In this document: piece by piece, positions 26,470-32,220 of the stretch
Layout of the letters: each line of letters begins with the position of its first letter
Numbering within the stretch: the first letter of the stretch is position 1
Source: Trichormus sp. ATA11-4-KO1
GTDB taxonomy: Bacteria > Cyanobacteriota > Cyanobacteriia > Cyanobacteriales > Nostocaceae
Direction: 5' to 3'
DNA length: 32,220 nt
Assembly (NCBI GenBank): GCA_019358915.1
Contig: JAHHIM010000042.1
Coordinates: 1-32,220 of the forward strand
Notes under the pieces: model-generated
What the model saw: the letters and a program-made list of their open reading frames with translations, nothing else
Database searches by the model: none
Told to the model about the DNA's origin: nothing
Made by a program: the position numbers and the translations under genes

Positions 26470-27315
26470 ATGTTACCACCGTCTTATCAGCCAATTATAA
26501 AACGTCCGTTTTTACAATTACCTAATAATGCCAGAATTGCTGTCTGGGTGGTGATGAATGTTGAACACTTCACCTTCGGCAAATTAGGGACAGCTATTCA
26601 ACCCCATTTAAATAGTCATCCAGAAATAGCCAACTATGCTTGGAGAGACTACGGTAATCGTGTCGGGATTTGGCGATTATTAGAATTATTTGCAGAATTA
26701 GAAATTCCAGTTACAGCCGCAGTCAACGGGGAAATTTGTCAATTTTATCCAGAGATTATCACAGCCATGCAACAACAAAATTGGGAAATCATGGCACATG
26801 GGATTAATAATTCCACTGGTCATAGTGGCATGGATAAAGCAACAGAAACCGCCATAATTAATCAAACCATAGATTTACTCAAACAAGCCACCGGCAAAAC
26901 ACCAAAAGGCTGGCTAACACCGGGATTTTCCATCACAGAACATACCTTTGAATTATTATATACAACAGGAATTACCTATACAGCCGACTGGGTAAACGAC
27001 GACCAACCATATTGGTATCCCTTACCTAATGGACGCTTACTAGCAATTCCCTATACCATAGAAGCAAACGATATTAGCTTATGTTTAAGTAACCGATTTT
27101 CCGGAGAAGAATTTGCTCAAGCAATCATCGACCAATTCGATCAACTATGGCTAGACGGAAAAACCCAACCCCGATTCATGGCCATAGGTTTACATCCATT
27201 TATCGTCGGTCAACCCCTACGCCTAAAATACTTAAAACAATGCTTACTCCATATTAAAAATCAACCCCACACCTGGCTAACCACAGGTGAAAACATCTAT
27301 CAACTAATGAAATAA
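26470..27315 (+). CDS. Polysaccharide deacetylase-fold protein, PuuE allantoinase-like
   Basis: IAVWVVMNVEHF, NYAWRDYGNRVGIWRL, WEIMAHG, DDQPYW and MAIGLHPFIVGQP motifs. Confidence 0.8.
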   Translation: MLPPSYQPIIKRPFLQLPNNARIAVWVVMNVEHFTFGKLGTAIQPHLNSHPEIANYAWRDYGNRVGIWRLLELFAELEIPVTAAVNGEICQFYPEIITAMQQQNWEIMAHGINNSTGHSGMDKATETAIINQTIDLLKQATGKTPKGWLTPGFSITEHTFELLYTTGITYTADWVNDDQPYWYPLPNGRLLAIPYTIEANDISLCLSNRFSGEEFAQAIIDQFDQLWLDGKTQPRFMAIGLHPFIVGQPLRLKYLKQCLLHIKNQPHTWLTTGENIYQLMK

Positions 27316-27355
27316 AACTCTCTGCGTCCTTTGCGCCTTGGCGGTTCGTTAAATA

Positions 27356-27931
27356 ATGACAACTTCACCCACCCAAAAATTAAATATACCTATTATCGAT
27401 GCCAACCCCGAAAACATCAAACCCTATGGATACCTCCTAGGAGACGATGTAGCTAAACCCGGATTAGGCATACCCTTTTATCAAGAAAGAGTATTAGAAG
27501 GCGAAAACATTGACTTTACCTATCGAGGAAAAGCAACATTTAGAACAGCCAAAATCTTACCAGGATATCCCCCCATAACCTGGCTAGAAAGACATATGTA
27601 CATGACCCAAATGTTTATTGGTTTAGGACAAGCAGCATTTATTATGGTCATGGCACCTCCCAACCATGAAACTGGGGAAAACCTACCCAACATCAAGCAA
27701 ATTCAAGCCTTACGCCTTCCTCCAGGACACGGACTACTATTACATCTTGGCACCTGGCATGATTTTCCCATAGCCTGCGATCGCCCAGTAGTCATCCTCA
27801 CCGCCAACTCCGATGAAGTCGTCACTGCCTTAAGTCAAATGCAGACACCAGACGAAATGAATCAAGGTGATGTTTATAAAATTTCTCTCCCCAAAAGACT
27901 AGGCTATGAAATTCATTTAGATATTAATTAA
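27356..27931 (+). CDS. Ureidoglycolate lyase (AllA)-like cupin protein
   Basis: PENIKPYG, WLERHMYMTQMFI and LHLGTWHDFP match the ERH...Q...GTWH pattern. Confidence 0.75.
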   Translation: MTTSPTQKLNIPIIDANPENIKPYGYLLGDDVAKPGLGIPFYQERVLEGENIDFTYRGKATFRTAKILPGYPPITWLERHMYMTQMFIGLGQAAFIMVMAPPNHETGENLPNIKQIQALRLPPGHGLLLHLGTWHDFPIACDRPVVILTANSDEVVTALSQMQTPDEMNQGDVYKISLPKRLGYEIHLDIN

Positions 27932-27986
27932 CTCACGCAAAGCCGCAAAGACGCAAAGATTCTCTGTGTACCTCTGCGTTTCAAAT

Positions 27987-28751
27987 ATGGATTTACCAAA
28001 CATCGAAACCTATCTACAACCAAACGATATTCAAGATATCCTTCAATGGGATAAAGGTTGGACTTGGCTAAGTGGCGGAACCTGGCTATTTTCCGAACCT
28101 CAACCCAATGTCAAAGTTTTAGTAGATACGCAAAATTTTGGATGGTCAGAAATTACCATCAAAGATAATTATTTAATTATCGGTGCCACTTGTCCATTAA
28201 TTAAAATATTAGAATATCCTTGGCTACCACAATGGACAGCAATTGCAGGCTTAAAAGCTGCCGTTTCTGCACTGACAGCATCATTAAAAGTCATTAATAT
28301 TGCCACAGTAGGAGGTAATATTTGTTTAGCCTTATCTGTGGGAACCTTAGCACCCGTAATGGTAGCTTTAGATGCAACTTATGAAATTTGGGATTTAACA
28401 GGAAAGTCATATCAAGTTGCAGCCAAGGACTTTCAACTTGGACATAAAACCACAATCTTAAAACCAGGAGAAATCCTCAGAAGAATTGTAATTCCCTTAA
28501 GTAATTTACAATGGAAAATTAATTATCAACGCTTGAGTATAGCAGCAAATGATCCAGCATTAGCTATAGTAGTCACTGCCAAGAATCAACAACAGATACG
28601 TTGTGTCATAGCTGCAAGTGTAGCCGCACCTCGTGTAATAACTAGTGAGGATTTAGCCACAGAAAATTTTATTAACGATAGCAAAGCTAGTGCAGAATAT
28701 CGCCGGGAATTAACTAAAATTTTAATCAAGCGATCGCTTGCCCATTTATGA
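27987..28751 (+). CDS. FAD-binding subunit, xanthine dehydrogenase/CoxM family
   Basis: LSGGTWL, NIATVGGNICL, LVALDA-like segment and ASAEYRREL. The likely start is ATG 27987. Confidence 0.85.
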   Translation: MDLPNIETYLQPNDIQDILQWDKGWTWLSGGTWLFSEPQPNVKVLVDTQNFGWSEITIKDNYLIIGATCPLIKILEYPWLPQWTAIAGLKAAVSALTASLKVINIATVGGNICLALSVGTLAPVMVALDATYEIWDLTGKSYQVAAKDFQLGHKTTILKPGEILRRIVIPLSNLQWKINYQRLSIAANDPALAIVVTAKNQQQIRCVIAASVAAPRVITSEDLATENFINDSKASAEYRRELTKILIKRSLAHL

Positions 28752-31351
28752 CACCAAAACAGTTAAAATTTCAAGTTAATCAGCAAAATTATAGCGAAAA
28801 CTGTCATCCCGGAACCAGTCTATTGAGTTTATTACGTCAATTAGGCTGGTTTGGCGTACATCGTGGGTGTGACACCGGTGATTGTGGTGCTTGTACAGTT
28901 TGGGTAAATGATACGCCTATTCATAGTTGCATTTATCCAGCTTGGCGAATTGACAATCAATCGGTAACTACCATCGAAGGACTTTCCCCCAACGGCGAAC
29001 TTGCACCCATACAGCAAGCCTTTCTAGCAGCACAAGGCTTTCAATGTGGTTTCTGTACTCCAGGAATGATGATGACAGTAGCCAAGTTACCGCTATTGTC
29101 AGCAGCAGAATTACGTTTAGCTTTAAAAGGAAACATCTGTCGCTGCACTGGATACCAAGCAATAATAGAAAGTCTTTTCCCCCCATCCCCCCATCCCCTT
29201 GTCCCCCCATCCTCCCCATCCCCGGTAGGCGCCAGCATTCCCAAACAAGATGGTACAGCCATAGTCACCGGCAAAGCAGCTTATACAGGAGACATCGCCC
29301 CACCCGGATTATTACATCTCAAGGTACTGCGATCGCCTCATCCCCATGCCAAAATTAAACAAATTCACACCGAACAAGCCAAAGCACTTCCTGGTGTCGT
29401 AGCTATTTTCACCCACGAAGATGTTCCCAGAATCCCTTACACTACCGCCGGACACGCCGAACCAGTACCCGATCCGTTAGATCATTACTTGTTGGATAAT
29501 AAAGTCAGATTTGTAGGCGATCGCGTTGCTGCTATAGTTGCAGAGTCCCCCCATATTGCCGAAAAAGCTTGCGAATTAATTAGCGTCGATTATGAAATTC
29601 TGCCTCATGTTATCGACCCCATAGAGTCCATGAATAGCAGTGTGGTGATTCATGATGAACCAGAATCATCGCAAATTCCCGATAGAAATCGTAATATTGC
29701 TGGACAAATCTTACTGGAATCGGGTGATTTAGCATCAGGATTTGCTGAATCAGATTTAATAGTAGAAAATACCTTTACTTTACCAGCAGTTCAACACGTC
29801 CATTTAGAACCTCATATTAGTATCAGTTGGCTAGAACCAGATGGTACATTAGTTATTCGTTCCAGTACCCAAGTCCCTTTTCATTGTCAACGCTTACTTG
29901 CACAAATTTTCAATTTACCATTAGGAAAAATTCGAGTTTATAAAGCACAGCTTGGTGGTGGCTTTGGCAATAAACAAGAAATTTTATCAGAAGACATTTG
30001 CGCTTTGGCTACTTTGAAAACAGGTAAACCAGTACAATGGGAATTTACCAGAAAAGAAGAATTTACCACTACAAATAGCCGCCACGCCATGACAATTCGT
30101 CTTAAAAGCGGTGTCAAAAAAGATGGTACACTGGTTGCTCAAGATATGGAAATTATTGCCAATACTGGTGCTTATGGTAATCATGGACAAACAGTGGTAT
30201 TTTTAGCAGGATATATTCCCTTGGGTTTATATCGTTGTCCGCATAAAAAATTCACAGCTTTTGCAGTTTATACTAATACAATGCCTGCGGGTGCGTTTCG
30301 CGGTTATGGTGCAACCCAAGGTACATTTGCAATGGAAATTCAAATTGACGAAATTGCTGAAAAATTAAATATTCATTCTCAAGAAATCCGCTTCAAAAAC
30401 TTAATTTATCCTGGAGATGTGATTAGCTTAGGCACATCCAAAGACCACTTTAACTTAATTGGTAGTTACGCCGTGCAAGAATGCTGGGAAAAAGTCACCC
30501 AGGCATTAAATTATATTCCTGGTACACCAGCAAAACTAGAAAATCCTCGCCGTCGTGGTGTGGGGTTTGCCGTTTCTATGCAAGGTAGTGGCTTATCTAA
30601 AATTCACCTAGCGAGTGTGAAGTTAACCAAATTACCCAATGACAAATACGAATTAAGAACTGGTTCCGTAGACATTGGTACTGGTTCAGATACCACCTTA
30701 CGACAAATAGCAGCCGCAGTTTTAGGTGTAACCGTTGCCGATATTTATATAATTGCCGGCGACACCCAACAAACACCCTTTGATGCTGGTTCCTATGCTT
30801 CTGCCACAGTATATATTTCCGGACAGGCTGTAAAACTAGCCGCCGAACAACTCCTCACCACTAATCAACCCAGTGTGGAAATATCCTATGCGGCAGACGA
30901 ATCCACCTTAACCTTTGCCGTGCAAGGCGTAGAAGTAGAAGTAGATATAGAAACAGGCAAAGTCGAAATTTTGCAATGCGTCCAAGCCATAGATATAGGT
31001 AAAGCCATCAACCCGCGCATTTGTCACGGACAAGCCACCGGTGGGATAGTAATGGGAATTGGTTACGCCTTAAGCGAAGAACTCATCTTTAACTCACAAG
31101 GACACATAACTAACCCCAGTCTGAGAGAGTATATCATACCTAAAGCCTCAGATATACCACCAATCGAAATAATCTTCATAGAAAAAGCCGACCCCTACGG
31201 CCCCTTTGGTGCCAAAGGAGTAGGAGAAATTACAATTAATTGTACAGCCCCAGCCATAGCCAACGCGATCGCCCAAGCTACAGGATGCAGAATGTACCAA
31301 CTCCCCATCACACCCGAAAGACTTTGGCGACAACTCAAATCTAATTATTGA
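28748..31351 (+). CDS. Xanthine dehydrogenase-family protein with fused [2Fe-2S] and molybdopterin-binding domains
   Basis: GCDTGDCGACTV, QCGFCTPG, GNICRCTGY, QHVHLEPH, GGGFGNKQE, GAFRGYG and AKGVGE motifs. Confidence 0.92.
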   Translation: MTPKQLKFQVNQQNYSENCHPGTSLLSLLRQLGWFGVHRGCDTGDCGACTVWVNDTPIHSCIYPAWRIDNQSVTTIEGLSPNGELAPIQQAFLAAQGFQCGFCTPGMMMTVAKLPLLSAAELRLALKGNICRCTGYQAIIESLFPPSPHPLVPPSSPSPVGASIPKQDGTAIVTGKAAYTGDIAPPGLLHLKVLRSPHPHAKIKQIHTEQAKALPGVVAIFTHEDVPRIPYTTAGHAEPVPDPLDHYLLDNKVRFVGDRVAAIVAESPHIAEKACELISVDYEILPHVIDPIESMNSSVVIHDEPESSQIPDRNRNIAGQILLESGDLASGFAESDLIVENTFTLPAVQHVHLEPHISISWLEPDGTLVIRSSTQVPFHCQRLLAQIFNLPLGKIRVYKAQLGGGFGNKQEILSEDICALATLKTGKPVQWEFTRKEEFTTTNSRHAMTIRLKSGVKKDGTLVAQDMEIIANTGAYGNHGQTVVFLAGYIPLGLYRCPHKKFTAFAVYTNTMPAGAFRGYGATQGTFAMEIQIDEIAEKLNIHSQEIRFKNLIYPGDVISLGTSKDHFNLIGSYAVQECWEKVTQALNYIPGTPAKLENPRRRGVGFAVSMQGSGLSKIHLASVKLTKLPNDKYELRTGSVDIGTGSDTTLRQIAAAVLGVTVADIYIIAGDTQQTPFDAGSYASATVYISGQAVKLAAEQLLTTNQPSVEISYAADESTLTFAVQGVEVEVDIETGKVEILQCVQAIDIGKAINPRICHGQATGGIVMGIGYALSEELIFNSQGHITNPSLREYIIPKASDIPPIEIIFIEKADPYGPFGAKGVGEITINCTAPAIANAIAQATGCRMYQLPITPERLWRQLKSNY
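29179..29223 (+). repeat. In-frame CCCCCCAT-type tandem repeat in the interdomain linker
   Basis: CCCCCCAT CCCCCCAT CCCCTTGT CCCCCCAT CCTCCCCATCCCC, encoding PPSPHPLVPPSSPSP. Confidence 0.8.
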
Positions 31352-31361
31352 GGAAAAATTT

Positions 31362-31616
31362 ATGCGAACAGTACCAATCCAATTACCCGAAACAGTATTT
31401 TCAGCACTCCGCAAAAATCCTGAAGAATTTATCCAAGAAATGCGAATTGCCGCAGCCGTTAAATGGTACGAAATAGATGAAATATCACAAGCAAAAGCAG
31501 CAGAAATTGCTGGGCTAACTCGTACTGAATTTATTCATGCCTTATCACGCTACCAAGTAGATTTTATGCAATATACTGCTCAAGAGCTAGCTGAGGAACT
31601 AGCAAATGTCGATTAA
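31362..31616 (+). CDS. UPF0175-family antitoxin-like protein
   Basis: EMRIAAAVKWYE...ISQAKAAEIAGLTRTEFIHAL HTH. Confidence 0.85.
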   Translation: MRTVPIQLPETVFSALRKNPEEFIQEMRIAAAVKWYEIDEISQAKAAEIAGLTRTEFIHALSRYQVDFMQYTAQELAEELANVD

Positions 31617-31911
31617 TCATGTAATTATTGCACCTGAAGTAGCAGCTTGGGATTTGGGAAAAGGAGAATCACAAGTATTAAGTTTGGCACTAAAAAATTT
31701 AGACTGTGCCGCTATTGTTGACGATAGGGCAGCACGGCGTTGTAGTCAAGCTTTAGGTATTACTACTATTGGGACAGGAGGGTTGCTCATCTTAGCAAAA
31801 AGACGTGGACTTATCCCCAGCATATCTCCTGGTATTCAAGCTTTGCGTGACGCTGGTTTGTGGTTATCTGATAGTTTGGTCAATTTGCTGAAACAGCAAG
31901 CGGGGGAATAG
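31606..31911 (+). pseudogene. DUF3368-family PIN protein with an apparent in-frame N-terminal internal deletion
   Basis: MSINHVII is joined directly to APEVAAWDLGKGESQVL...IVDDRAARR...GTGGLLILAKRRGLI. The usual (N/D)ASPLI and VPxxVxxE segments are missing, and the protein is only 101 aa. Confidence 0.7.
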
Positions 31912-32094
31912 GGAATTACGCCTAATGTGAATTAAACAGGTTGAGATGGGAAAGTAAGAACATTGATGCCAAAACGGCGACGAAGCAATAAACGTATTTC
32001 TTAGATTACGCTTAACTCAACCTACCTTTCTCACTTCCTTCCTCGTGTCCTTCTCTGCGAGACGCTTCGCGAACGTGGTTCGTTATTCATGCTC

Positions 32095-32220
32095 CTGACT
32101 TTTCCCGTTAAGTCTGTTTAGCAAGCTTCCAGCCCTCACAGAGGTCATGCAATTTTAACCAACCGCGCCACAGGACTTGAATACCAATGGGTGTTTTGCT
32201 TCGATGTTCGAGGTAGCCAC
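32095..32220 (-). mobile_element. Right end of an IS4-family (IS50/Tn5-like) insertion sequence, truncated by the window edge
   Basis: The 19-bp end CTGACTTTTCCCGTTAAGT (32095-32113) shares CTGACT...AAGT with the Tn5 outside end, and the transposase stop codon lies within it. Confidence 0.8.
32108..32218 (-). CDS. IS4-family transposase C-terminus (partial; not in ORF track)
   Basis: My translation is ...GYLEHRSKTPIGIQVLWRGWLKLHDLCEGWKLAKQT*, matching the GGY...PxGxxxLWRG motif of the Tn5-type dimerisation domain. Confidence 0.85.
   Translation of the reverse strand, partial: GYLEHRSKTPIGIQVLWRGWLKLHDLCEGWKLAKQT

Larger units (their letters stand above)
542..31272. repeat. Dispersed HIP1 octamers (GCGATCGC)
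   Basis: Many copies across the window, for example at 542, 668, 20903, 20927 and 20951. Characteristic of cyanobacteria. Confidence 0.9.

Noticed and set aside
27319..27983. CTCTGCG/CGCAAAG repeat clusters in the two intergenic gaps flanking the AllA-like gene as operators
   Set aside because: The same repeat family occurs at about 283-300, 801-820, 3826-3860 and 4312-4341, so it is a generic dispersed Nostocales repeat.
28968..29358. Alternative-frame ORFs inside the xanthine dehydrogenase-family gene
   Set aside because: By-products of the low-complexity repeat and antisense frames.

Overview
Chromosomal region of a filamentous, Nostocales-like cyanobacterium, judged from frequent HIP1 GCGATCGC sites and short tandem/dispersed repeats. 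It is bounded by two truncated insertion sequences: the start of an IS701-like element at 1-126 and the end of an IS4/IS50-like element at 32095-32220. The housekeeping backbone includes ccdA-ccs1, queF, the SRP RNA ffs, fni, sppA, an RsmB/F-like methyltransferase and a B12 radical SAM gene. The accessory material falls into five groups. (1) A decayed integrase island after sppA carries an intact DUF3800 gene with a convergent, separately promoted ~70-nt structured RNA candidate and a DUF6888/DUF6887-like gene pair. (2) An AraC gene is directly followed by a divergent ndhH copy with changes around the quinone pocket and a tandem-repeat promoter. (3) Three ydaO/c-di-AMP-class riboswitch copies surround a NrtA/CmpA-like ABC transporter: one leads the transporter, one is divergent and orphaned, one is interrupted by a repeat insertion. 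(4) A probable purine/N-heterocycle catabolic cluster encodes PuuE-like, ureidoglycolate lyase-like and xanthine-dehydrogenase-family proteins. (5) PIN toxin-antitoxin modules occur in intact and decayed states. All family assignments come from motif recognition by eye; no database searches were run.
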